This document shows positions 1 to 11,499 of a stretch of 64,000 bases of DNA, one piece after another (positions within the stretch are counted from its first letter, which is position 1; the number at the start of each line of letters is the position of its first letter). The DNA is from Octopus sinensis (lineage: Eukaryota), in NCBI RefSeq assembly GCF_006345805.1, contig NC_043009.1, positions 15,004,001 through 15,068,000 on the forward strand, in the 5' to 3' direction. Made by a program: the position numbers and the translations under genes. Below the pieces are notes generated by a model. The model was not told the DNA's origin, searched no databases, and saw nothing but the letters and a program-made list of their open reading frames with translations.

Positions 1-40
1 GCAAAATAATGTACCTACATTAATGTAGATTCGTTTCGAA

Positions 41-135
41 TTTTGGTATATGGCCAGCAATTTCGCAGAAGGGGTAAGCTGATTACATCGTCCCTGAAAG
101 GATGAAAGGAAAAGTCAATCCCAGCGGAATGGCAA
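41..135 (-). mobile_element. Degenerate fragment of tRNA-type SINE family B
   Basis: 'gattacatcg...ctgaaaggatgaaaggaaaagtcaatcccagcggaat' matches the better-preserved copy at 54601-54823. Confidence 0.7.
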
Positions 136-899
136 TCAACTACTTATGTCATCAAGATTTATATTCTATTTTAAAAATAAAACCGATTGCTAAGCTATAT
201 ATATTTCTTGGTGTTATTTATATATGGCTCTTCAACTTCAAAATGGATAAACAAAAAGTAACGTAAAGAATTCATAAATATTCTCCAACATTAAGCTTTT
301 ATTACGTAAAACTAATTCCACTTTATTATCTTGCCCACGGATTTAACTTTACACGATACCATTTGAAAAATATTTCCAATTTGTTTGAAGTAATTTTTCC
401 TGAAGTTTATGAGAATTACAATATATAATTATTCCAAATCTGCATATATTGTGATTTAATTTAACTGCATGCTATTAGAAAGATTCATATTGTTTTATAT
501 GTATGTTATACAAATGCATCAACTTAAAAGCACCAACGCAGTCGCACCTAATCTCATATATATATATACCTATATACTCACACCAAAACCCATCTACAGC
601 CACCAACCACCAGCCCCACATACACACACATATGTAACGTTATATTGCATTATATTATATTATATATGCAGGCAGACCAGATACAGAAAATGGATTTCAT
701 GCACTAGATACTTAATTCAAATCTACTACAATTGTTTCGACTCACTCTGCATATGTACCTCACAGGTCATTATGTATTTATCTTTTGGCATCTTATCACT
801 ATCTACATATGTCTGGATTTGTTGTTTTGATATCATGTATGCATGTTTTATCTTTTCTTACACACACACATTTATATACATATATATATACATATGATA

Positions 900-1333
900 A
901 TATAGGGTGAAATTAATTAATTTGGAATAATCATTAATTTCACCAAGTAATGGCTTACGCTCGCTCTGATATCATGAGTTGAGGTGATGTCTTCTAGTGC
1001 CTTCAAATTTAATACAAAATTATTAATGATTTAGATGCAATTATTTATAATTGTAGAGCCCTACGCTGAAGAGGAAAATAGTTGGGTAAGACTTAATTAT
1101 TTAATTTTTATGCTTTCCTATGGCTTAATTTCGAAACGTACGTCCGTAGGTGACTTAATGTAGAATGATTATCGTCATTTCTTTCTCATTTGCCTGCGTT
1201 GTTTGCCTTTTAAATGCTGTGGTTTTACTGGGATCTCCCTTTTAAATAGAAAGAATAGCCATAACTCTTTGACTGCTATTTCTAAATTCGGTGTGTGGTG
1301 AGGCAAATCGTTGCTAAACCCTTAATTACTTAG
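900..1333 (+). mobile_element. Penelope-like pseudo-LTR remnant carrying a hammerhead ribozyme
   Basis: Hammerhead at 1060-1150 followed by a T-rich tail that ends in a (TA)n tract; boundaries approximate. Confidence 0.55.
1060..1150 (+). ncRNA. Type I hammerhead ribozyme
   Basis: cctacg-CTGAAGA-(long imperfect stem II)-GAAAC-gtac-GTC-cgtagg: 6-bp stem I, intact core, palindromic stem III ACGTACGT. Confidence 0.8.
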
Positions 1334-1505
<172 letters not shown>

Positions 1506-1999
1506 TATGTTCTCTGTCGGTTTCATAGGAATAATAATTTTGGAGAGGGGTTCGTCTTCATCCAGTTTCTTGGGGGTAGTCTTAGAATGTAACAGAATTC
1601 TCATTGATATATCTTAAGACCTGTTCAGCGTTCGTTTCAAAGTTATACAATAAATTATTTTCGTATGAAAATTTGAATTATGCCTTCTGAATTTTCTTGG
1701 ACTTTCACCTTCTTCGTCGTGATATTCAGTCGTGAATTTTATAACATTTAGTTCATGATCCAAATAAATGTTGACTTTCTGTACTTTGTTACGTTGGTTA
1801 CGCATAGTAGCTTTTGCTAAATTCGTGACTTTCCATTTTTTTATAGCATAACCATGCTACAGAAGAACGTTTTGTATCTATATTGACTACATCTCGTTTC
1901 CTTTTAACTCCGCATGCGTACATTTAGCTGTTTTAAGTATTATGAATTATATAAGTCTCTGAGTGTGAGTGTTTCTGAGTTCCTTACGCCTATATCAAA

Positions 2000-2305
2000 C
2001 TATAGTAAAAACCATTTTACGCTGTTTTAATGAGTCCATATCTAATGAAGTAAGAATCCGTATGCTTGGTGATCCCCATGAAAATCCTGATATTCTCATT
2101 CGCTTTCGAGATAACAAACTTAAGCATGTTTCACAGACTCATCCCTCTTTTGATGCTCTCCAGTATTCTCTTATTCTGTGTAATGGACAAGATGGGTATC
2201 ATTTCGATATTCCGCGGAGTGAACCTGCAACAGGAGAGTCACTTAGAAACCAAAGGGTGTCGTCAAATGACTTTTAGTTTTACCAACTGATGTTAAGATC
2301 AGAAC
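2000..2305 (+). pseudogene. Helitron RepHel N-terminal fragment
   Basis: RCFNESISNEV...DILIRFRDNKLKHVSQTHPSFDALQYSLILCNGQDGYH resembles the Helitron motif RRFNAP..NEVA...RDI...YDALQYPLLF..GEDGYH; homologous to 18290-18490. Confidence 0.8.
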
Positions 2306-2853
2306 AATGAAATCAGTTACAAATATCAAATAAATTTTATTTTCATTTATATATTTCCTACGTTATCTGAAAAACCAGCTATAGTTATTTCACTTCTCTA
2401 CAACGACCAGGTTTCATTAGAAAATGAAAATAGTTACACACTTTCAATTTGAACCAAAATTACAAATTGTTGCATTACGAGAGTGATGATGTATGATTAG
2501 TGAAAGTAATGTTACTCCGAATTAGTCCCATCTATATTATAACAAAAAAAAGCTGCTTATTATCTATCTACCAAATAAATTATGTTTTTCACTCAACAAC
2601 TCATTTTTACAAGAAAAATAACCTCCGCAACTACGATGGGTCGCACAATTTTGAGGTTATATTCGGATAATATTTCGATTTGCTTCCAATGTTTCACCTT
2701 CGTCCGAGGTTTCAAGCATGCGTAGAATTCTAGTTAGACAATCATTTATGAAAATATACACATACATATTGTATTAAAATTAGCTGCAAGCCAAAAAATT
2801 GCATTAAAAGTCATCCACTTTTCTATATGTTATGAGGAAATACAGTCACACAC

Positions 2854-2904
<51 letters not shown>

Positions 2905-3840
2905 CGCACAAAACGATGTGTGTATATGTATTTATGGGCATAGGTAAAGAATACGTACTCCCGGTATTTAAGATTAGGGTTATGTCGAAAGGAGGTGGTG
3001 TGCGTATTGTCTACTTCTGCTATGTACGTGTGTTTGAAAGATAATGTGTGTGTATGCTTAAAAAAACTCATACAAAAAATGCATACATCACAACACACCC
3101 CTTCGCTCATTCACTCTCTCTTCTCTCTCTCTCTCTCTCTTTCTCTCTCACAGACACACGTCCATTTCATATACACGTACATCTTACACTTTCTACTTTC
3201 TTTTACTTTCTCCTATCACTCCAAAGCAAATGTCCCCTATTCACTTTATCCTCTCTTTCAATTTCTGCTCTCCTCTAAGCATACAGAAATTAAGACAATT
3301 TTACGGAAATTAACAAAAAATCTTATGATTCCATAAATGCTGACTTGACAACTCTGCTTCTTGAAACGAAGGAATGTCATAAAACAACTTCCTTTGACAC
3401 AGGTAAAGCTTCTGTTCGAATTATGTGAAATATTGGGATATTTTAGTTATTTGAAAGCTGGTAGGTAATGGGTGGGCAGGTGGAAAAGGGGGCATTGAGT
3501 GTTTCGTTAACAAAAATTAAAGAATAAAAATGTATATATATATATTTCCCAGATATTTAATCTCTGTATTTTTCTACGCAGATAACAAAACTTATTTTTC
3601 AATAATTAAAAACGAAGTTATAAATTGAGGAATTGCGTTGGGGATCGGTGGAGATTAATATATTGAATTCTTATTGACCCCCATTTTATGCAATGAAGCA
3701 ATACATAGTTTCTGATCCTTCTTAAGATCAGACATCACTTCCATGCAAATTGTACCCTTGCCCTTCACTATTAAACAAACAACATCATCCATTATTCCAT
3801 TAACTATATAACATCTATACCGATTCTGCCCATACGTATA

Positions 3841-3883
3841 TGTATGTGTCCATAGATGCACATACATATACGTATACATATAT

Positions 3884-3960
<77 letters not shown>
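3841..3960. repeat. (CA)n(TA)n microsatellite
   Basis: Directly visible. Confidence 0.95.
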
Positions 3961-4176
3961 GTTTGTTGAAATGGAAAGATGAATTATCTTGTTACGGATT
4001 ATTCAAAAATTTAACCGATACCTGGGTAGCAAAAATCACAGCAGAAAAAACATGGTTGGAGATATGACCATATGGTGTTGCAACCGTGCGTTGTCGCGGA
4101 TAATTGAAGTTTAATATAATTAGTGAATGGAAGAAATGGAGTTGAACGAAGATTGTACAGAATTCCTTTTATTACA

Positions 4177-4256
4177 TTCTACACATGTTTCAAAGGCCAC
4201 AATTTTCCAAATTCTGATTAAATAAGGATACCATATTGCAGCTTTATCTTCAGGAA
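4177..4256 (-). ncRNA. Type I hammerhead ribozyme (pLTR copy 1)
   Basis: Reverse complement of the 6284-6363 motif. Confidence 0.7.
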
Positions 4257-4882
4257 AAACCAGGAATTACGTTGTCAGAACAAAACAAAACAATGGCGCA
4301 GCAGAGCAATTCGAACGAGGACGCTCCTTAAGAGCCCATGGGTAAAATGTTTATCAATGTACGTTGAAATCGGGGGGTTGGTGGGGGCCGACAAAAAGGT
4401 CCGTTGGAATAAATCCAGGTCAGGCTGCGGTCAAATCTAGTAGGTGAGGAACTAATGAGAACAAGGGGTGTGGAGATGTTCTGTATGACCAAAGTTAATG
4501 TTCTGAATATTTTAAGAATTCAGGGTGTATTTTTTAGGTGCGAGACAATACCTACCTAAAAGCATGTGTGTGTATACTAGCCTATGTGTGCGCCGCCGTA
4601 TGTTGGCGAGGGACGCTAGATAATGAGCACTGCTGAAAAAAGCCTGTCAGGCGGCTGAAATAATTCTGTGTTCGTGTGTCCGTCTGTGGCCTGCTTGTCT
4701 AAAAATTATCCTTGTCAAAGAATCAGGGGGGTATATAATTCCAGCGCTTGCTTCTAAAAAACCGACCAATCGCCTAAGGGGAGTAATTTCCCCTTGCAAG
4801 AGTTATTCAGAGATTTTTTTAAAATTTTTTCAAAAATTATTTTCATTTTAATAGGGTATCAAGGTGTTAATTGTCTTAGGTA

Positions 4883-5800
4883 TCATTTATATGTAAGAAA
4901 TGTATGACGCCGCCAATGGGGACCTCGAAAAGCAGTCTGTAAAAGCCCGTTTACCAAACGGCCTCTGGCGAACAATATGTGGAAAAGCTCAGAGTTACAA
5001 AGATTACATATACTTCTGCCTCTATCAAACGGGAGGGCCACCGATAAAATCGACCATTCCAGCCTAAAAACTGAATTCGCGTTCTTCAAACGCCAGATAA
5101 GTTTGCTAAGTCCTGTAGCTTGGTATTTATCAACGTCGCGAAAAGTTGCGAAATGGTTCGATATTCTCAAGGCCAATTTTGACGCTGAGGCTCCGACATA
5201 CGAGTAGACATCCGAATCCGTGTAAACATTGCATTGGTAAATGGCATTTCTGATCTTGGAGTTACTAGACAAGAACCTTATTCTATTGGGATTTGCTTCT
5301 GATATTAATACTGCGTTCTTATTACTATAATGACTGTGAGAACTGCGGCCGCCTACTACATTATACTCCTCGTTATCAATACTAATTAACGGACTATCCC
5401 CTGTGTATTCCCTATCACTGAGAACGCTGTGGTTGCTAGTATCCGTGGACCTACTATTGTCGGAAACGTTGCCAAAGTTGCTATTAGGACTCTCTACATT
5501 AATGACCCGAACTGCGCTCACCTCCCTATTACCATTACTAACGTTATTATCATCACCATTTCTTCTATCGTTAATCCTATTATTTACTCCCTGGTTGGTA
5601 CGGAGATTACCAGTCACTGTACTGGCTCTTTTATCATTATTACTACTATTATTATTCCTACTGTGCGTTAAACTGGAATGAGACGGAGCTGCGCCTCCGG
5701 TCAATGGTGATAGGGTCTTAATAAGCAGCCTATTATTATGGGAGGCGATTATCTTGGAAAGGTTTTTTGTGTTGGATAAAGCTATCCTAACTTTATGTGA
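4883..5800 (-). CDS. Penelope-like C-terminal linker plus GIY-YIG endonuclease (5'-truncated ORF)
   Basis: Open frame SHKVRIALSNTKNLSKIIASHNNRLL (PLE post-RT motif) ... AIYQCNV..YSYVGAS..LALRISNH..F ... TGLSKLIWRLK ... CNLCNSE; extends upstream of the listed ORF 4883..5704. Confidence 0.85.
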   Translation of the reverse strand, partial: SHKVRIALSNTKNLSKIIASHNNRLLIKTLSPLTGGAAPSHSSLTHSRNNNSSNNDKRASTVTGNLRTNQGVNNRINDRRNGDDNNVSNGNREVSAVRVINVESPNSNFGNVSDNSRSTDTSNHSVLSDREYTGDSPLISIDNEEYNVVGGRSSHSHYSNKNAVLISEANPNRIRFLSSNSKIRNAIYQCNVYTDSDVYSYVGASASKLALRISNHFATFRDVDKYQATGLSKLIWRLKNANSVFRLEWSILSVALPFDRGRSICNLCNSELFHILFARGRLVNGLLQTAFRGPHWRRHTFLTYK

Positions 5801-6283
5801 GATTTCCCAGAAATTCCAAATATTACCCCACGGTTAACTCACATAAAGTTAGGATAGCTTTCTCCAACACAAAAAGCCTTTCCTAGATAATCGCCTCCCA
5901 TAATAATAGTGCTCATTATCTAGCGCCCCACGCCAACATACGGCGGCGCACACATAGGCTAGTATACACACACATGCTTTTTAGGTAGGTATTGTCTCGC
6001 ACCTAAAAAATACACCCTGAATTCTTAAAATATTCAGAACATTAACTTTGGTCATACAGAACATCTCCACACCCCTTGTTCTCATTAGTTCCTCACCTAC
6101 TAGATTTGACCGCGGCCTGACCTGGATTTATTCCAACGGACCTTTTTGTCGGCCCCCACCAACCCCCCGATTTCAACGTACATTGATAAACATTTTACCC
6201 ATGGGCTCTTAAGGAGCGTCCTCGTTCGAATTGCTCTGCTGCGCCCTTGTTTTGTTATGTTCTGACAACGTAATTCCTGGTTT

Positions 6284-6363
6284 TTCCTGAAGATAAAGCT
6301 GCAATATGGTATCCTTATTTAATCAGAATTTAGAAAATTGTGGCCTTTGAAACATGTGTAGAA
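6284..6363 (+). ncRNA. Type I hammerhead ribozyme (pLTR copy 2)
   Basis: ttc-CTGAAGA-taaagctgcaat...attgtggccttt-GAAAC-atgt-GTA-gaa; about 10-bp stem II, short stem I. Confidence 0.7.
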
Positions 6364-6429
6364 TGTAATAAAAGGAATTCTGTACAATCTTCGTTCAACT
6401 CCATTTCTTCCATTCACTAATTATATATA

Positions 6430-6491
<62 letters not shown>

Positions 6492-6901
6492 CTCTTACTC
6501 TCTCTTTTTACTCTTTTATTTGTTTCATTCATTTTACTGCGGCCATGCTGGAGCACCGCCTTTAGTCGAGCAAATCGACCCCGGGACTTATTCTTTGTAA
6601 GCCCAGTACTTATTCTATCGGTCTCTTATGCAGAACCGCTAAGTGACGGGGACGTAAACACACCAGCATCGGTTGTCAAGCAATGCTAGGGGGACAAACA
6701 CAGACACACAAACACACACATAGATATATACACATATACGACAGGCTTCTTTCAGTTTCCGTCTACCAAATCCACTCACAAGGCATTGGTCCGCCCGGGA
6801 CTATAGTAGAAGACACTTGCCCAAGATGCCACGCAGTGGGACTGAACCCGGAACCATGTGGTTTGTTAGCAAGCTACTTACCACACAACTACTCCTGCGC
6901 C
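6492..6901 (-). mobile_element. tRNA-type SINE family A, full length
   Basis: Minus strand begins GGCGCAGGAGTAG.TGTGTGGTAAG...GGTTCAGTCCC (A/B boxes), has a CTTGGGCAAGT core, internal TG/TA tract and GTAAAAGAG tail; further copies at 34317, 53285 and 59811. Confidence 0.9.
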
Positions 6902-6929
6902 GGCATATATATATATATATATATATTTA

Positions 6930-8080
6930 CAGGGTGCGGTGAATTAATTCTCGTAAAAAATTTCGCGAAAATGAAAGTAACACAGAAATTGCATAAAATG
7001 TCTTAAAATACTAAGCAGCAAAATTATTCAATAAAATCGGCTTTGGCTACAACCGTGGCCTGCAGATGTTTTCGGTATCTGCTGCACCTCATCTAGATGG
7101 TATCCTTGTTTTTATTTGGTGAATGCTGCCATATTCCTTGCCTTCAGTTCATGTTTGGCGTCAGAAAGAAGTCTTATTAGTCTCACGCTGAACTGCATCC
7201 CACTCGTAATGATTAAGTGGGGTGTATGCGGGGAGTTAGATGCTCAGATTTTAGGGATGATATGTTCGCAGCCATGACTGATTTCTTACGCCTGTGTGGC
7301 ATGGTGCGGAGTCCTGTTGCCAGATATAGTATCTTCCAGCAGCCACATTCTTGAACCACCACGGCCGCACTACATTTGATGTAGGCCTCCGTATTGAGTC
7401 TGAGGCTTTATGGGAAGATGAATGGATGCATAACGTCGCCATCACTATTGATCACGCGAAATACCATGATGTTGACTGAATGTTTGATTTTTTTCAACTC
7501 GGTAGATGATTTTGAGACACGTCAAGCCTACAGTTGTTCTATGTGTTCGCCATCTCATCCTGGCAGAAATATATTTCGTCTGAGAAAAGCCAGAGCTTCG
7601 TAGGGTGGTCTTCCTAATTGTCCTTGATGGCTTGGTATTAAAATAGGCCTTTCTCATTGGTGAATGCTTCCATAGTCCTCACCTTCAGTTTTCATGCACT
7701 ACCTGCCTCAAGGCTATGGAGCTCATTGATATGGAGGGATCGTTGTTAATCATGGCCTGGATCTCAACAGAAAATTCAGGAATTCTCGTCTCATCAGAAC
7801 GATGAAAGTGAGTTTTCCGAGCTAGCTTACTTTAATACTCACCATTACACTCTTCCAACTCTTTCCGAAACATCTACAATATCTTCAGATTGAACAAACA
7901 CTCTGAAATGTTTGTGTTAGAATTTGGACGCGAATGCCAGGCAGTACTTCATTTCGTTTCCAAATTGCTGGCAGATTGAATTGCATCATGGTGCTGTATT
8001 CTCAGAGACGGTGTCCAGCTTACCCTAGTATACTGTGTAGATGGCAAAAGCAAAAACAAACAATATGCAACCGCGAAATT
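6930..8080 (-). mobile_element. Degenerate Tc1/mariner-superfamily transposon, maT (DD37D)-like
   Basis: Minus-strand peptides LWLFSDEIYFCQ, YIWQQDSAPCHT and WDAVQRETNKT; TA-CAGGGTG terminus at 6928; the other end is lost in a microsatellite. Confidence 0.8.
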
Positions 8081-8082
8081 AA

Positions 8083-8125
<43 letters not shown>

Positions 8126-8149
8126 CGTGCGTGTATGTGTGTATGTATG

Positions 8150-8203
<54 letters not shown>

Positions 8204-8443
8204 ATATACATATACATACATACATACATACATACATTCACATATATATTCTTAAGTTTATATGTGTGTGTACACAAAATCTAATATTAAGTTACAAGTT
8301 ATAATTTAAAGGTATTTTGGCAAACATTCTTAAAGATAATCGCATTTCTGCCTTCTTACCAGACAAAGAGATTTATATTAGCCAGATTAGGAAAAAAAAA
8401 ATGAAAATATCAAACGAAATATTTAGGAACCAATATTTCTTAC

Positions 8444-8515
8444 TTATTTCCTAGGAAAACAGAAATGGAATGGTTCCCGGCTGTAACACTGGAAAATGGA
8501 AGTCAGCAGATGTTT
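8444..8515 (-). CDS. Candidate exon (stop-containing) of an unidentified minus-strand gene
   Basis: ttgtttag|KHLLTSIFQCYSREPFHFCFPRK*|gtaaga; phase 0 matches the upstream candidate exon. Confidence 0.3.
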   Translation of the reverse strand, partial: KHLLTSIFQCYSREPFHFCFPRK

Positions 8516-8704
8516 CTAAACAATAGATTTATGAAGTTTGCCAAATTCTTAGTAATAGCATGAACGTCATTTATTCGTACTTATTCAGATCCTCGATAGA
8601 TACACACATGTCTATGAAAAATACCAGACTTTGTTGCGCTCTTCATCAATGTACTCATGAATTATGTAGTGAATACAATTAATATTATATCAATTGCAGG
8701 TTAC

Positions 8705-8727
8705 TATACACACACACACACATATAT

Positions 8728-8764
<37 letters not shown>

Positions 8765-8765
8765 C

Positions 8766-8837
<72 letters not shown>

Positions 8838-8881
8838 TATATATATATGTTTAGAGAGAAAGAGAGAGATAGCTAGCTAGC

Positions 8882-8953
<72 letters not shown>

Positions 8954-8977
8954 AGAGATAGAGAGATAGAGAGAGAT
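8705..8977. repeat. Compound (CA)/(TA)/(GATA)/(GA) microsatellite
   Basis: Directly visible. Confidence 0.95.
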
Positions 8978-9479
8978 ATTATTTTAAGAAGAAAAGCAGT
9001 AAAGCAAAAAGCCAAGTAAAATATTTTCGATGAATATTGTTTGATTGAATGCAAAAAAATATGGAAACTTGAAATTTATTTAAGACGCTACTACAGAATA
9101 AATATTTACATTACCTTTATGTAAATGGCATTAATAAATAATGGCGAGTATTGTAGAGGTCTTTAACATTTTGTACAAATACATTCGAAAAAGTACGAAC
9201 TTTATATTCTATATTTTACTTGAAGTTTGAATACAATGTGCTAAGATATAAACAAAATGTCAGAAAAATATGACGGCTTTCTTGCTTTAGCACTTATGTA
9301 ATCTAACGTCAATTTGCATATGTTCGATAATATTGACTTCTTTCATACATCCAAGGCTTAATATTACAATTGCGATGTATTGAGACTATATAGATTCTGA
9401 TTTTATTATTATTAGAAAATTAGGGAATATAAATTGGCATCCGTTATATAAATAAATTAATCCTATAGCAAACACAAAC

Positions 9480-9569
9480 CAAATCTCTTAACACACAGCC
9501 GGGCCAATATTCAACTGGGGAGTTTCTTCTAATGCAGTTTGTTCCAATCCAAGATTTATTTGTGTATAC
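9480..9569 (-). CDS. Candidate exon of an unidentified minus-strand gene
   Basis: Strong acceptor ttttccttccatctgttcacag|, VYTNKSWIGTNCIRRNSPVEYWPGCVLRDL, donor |gtttgt (or read-through to a stop at 9444). Confidence 0.4.
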
Positions 9570-9691
9570 CTGTGAACAGATGGAAGGAAAATGAATTCAT
9601 AATGTGTTTGAAAGTTCTGAATAGCATGCCCTATAACTAAGGCTAAAATTTGATGTGATTAAAATATTAATATATACAAATTAAAAATTAC

Positions 9692-9756
9692 ACATTTTTT
9701 CATATCTGTTCCAGTTGGTATATCTTTTTTAAGATACACTGTAAGAGTCCGTCTTC
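9692..9756 (-). CDS. Candidate exon of an unidentified minus-strand gene
   Basis: tatttcattag|(x)RRTLTVYLKKDIPTGTDMKKC|gtaatt; phase 0 join to the exon starting at 9569. Confidence 0.35.
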
Positions 9757-10239
9757 CTAATGAAATACAGTATAAATTCGACCAAAAGTAAATTAGGAAC
9801 AAAATTGTTGCTGACTATAATGTGTCCTCATAGACATAAAAAAACTTACTTTCTTATATCATTTGCAAGTAAATCAGATAAAAAGACATTTGATTAAATG
9901 ATGTAAGGAATTTAGTTTCATCCCTCGAATTTCTGATCTGAAACTTCTCGAGGGCTTACTATATTTCATTAATATGGGATTGATAAAATATGGACTAATC
10001 TCTTGCTGATAGTTGCATCGACTGCCACACCTGACGTACACTACTTAGCGTCGAAATTAGTATCACTACAGGTAATGTGGAGAAAGATAAATCATTATTA
10101 TTATGACAAATATTGAGGAAGCAAAATATGGAAAATAATGCAAATATGATGGCAGAGTGCCAGGAAAATAACTGGATCAAGATTGGATTTATTGAATTCA
10201 GCGTGAATTGAATCGTTCAATAACTTTTATTCGTGATTT

Positions 10240-10850
10240 TGAAGTGGTCATATGTGAAGTGAGGTGTGTCGTGGGCATTTTGAGTTAGTTCCCGTCGAGT
10301 ACCTTGCATTTTATTACGTAGTATGACATACAGTATTACTATAATTTTGTTACTGCATACTAATTTAGTTACCAAGTATTTTATTTTGTGTATTGATGAC
10401 AATAAGTGTACGCAGGGATTAAAAATAATCCTTGAGATTCTTGCTAAATGTAGGCTGGTACTTTTCTGCAGGACGATAATGTGAGCTGTTTCATATCCAT
10501 TTCCTTTCAGTCATTTAGTTATCATTTTGGTTGTTGTGTCAAGTGCACCAACTAATATAGAAATAATTGTTTACTTGGCCTTCTAGTCTCCTCAGCTCTC
10601 TGGCTTGATACTGATATATCTTGAATTTTCCAATTTCTTTGATACCGCTTCTGCTATCATAGAGAATTGCAAAATCTATGATCTTACACTGATATATTTG
10701 TTTTCTATAATCATATCAGCTCTTCTTGCTTGAATGCTATAGTCAATTTTTATAGGGAAATCCCAAAAGATCTTCGAATTCTCATTTTCTATCACATACT
10801 CTGGATCGTGTTAATGTAATCTTTCGATTCTTTTCAAGCCAAACACTAAG
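10240..10850 (-). mobile_element. 3' end of an R4/Dong-type LINE (restriction-like endonuclease), degenerate
   Basis: Minus-strand VIENENSKIFWDFPIK..IQARRADMII ... ILVGAL; the 5' end abuts a trinucleotide/(TAA)n tract. Confidence 0.8.
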
Positions 10851-10851
10851 C

Positions 10852-11033
<182 letters not shown>

Positions 11034-11044
11034 TTTGCACAGAT

Positions 11045-11478
11045 TCTAACGCTGGGGATAGAGAGAATACCAAACGAGTTCCCTATAGATACTGTATTTA
11101 TTACAACGAGTGGCTTGTAAACGTATCTAACTCGCTTTCGCTCGTTAGATACGTTTACAAGCCACTCGTTGTAATAAATACGGTATCCATAGGGAATGGG
11201 TTTGGTATTTTATTTATTACACACGAATAAACGACCATATTTTATTAACCCAATAACTAAATTCTTCACGTTTAGTTGTAACTTATGAATGACAAAAGTA
11301 GTGCCGTCACCGTGACCTCGGGTCATCACCGTGAATTGACCAATCAGAAGCAGTGCTGTCACCGTGACCTCGGGTCATCACCATGGATTGACCAATAAGA
11401 AGCAGCGCTCGCAGTATCTGACATATGTTAGATACCAAAAATATCTCAAAGTGTTCTCACTCACATGTGTGTAATAAG
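11045..11478. mobile_element. Non-autonomous palindromic element with CCAAT-containing tandem sub-repeats (Crypton-like?)
   Basis: Hairpin 11066-11209 with loop tcgctttcgctc; two ~54-bp repeats containing gaccaat at 11297-11408; ttattacacac/gtgtgtaataa inverted pair. Confidence 0.5.
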
Positions 11479-11499
11479 CACTATTAGCCTTAAATTCTC

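Larger units (their letters stand above)
4118..6423 (-). mobile_element. 5'-truncated Penelope-like retroelement with an inverted pseudo-LTR copy
   Basis: About 510-bp near-identical inverted repeats (4118-4631 and 5908-6423), each with a hammerhead, flank a GIY-YIG ORF; the right arm ends in (TA)n. Confidence 0.9.

Noticed and set aside
3690-3745. Hammerhead-like hairpin plus GAAAC-tat-GTA on the minus strand
   Set aside because: The CTGANGA core is absent
6840-6901. tRNA-like A/B boxes (also at 34317, 34739, 53285 and near 54800)
   Set aside because: These are SINE heads without a complete cloverleaf, not tRNA genes
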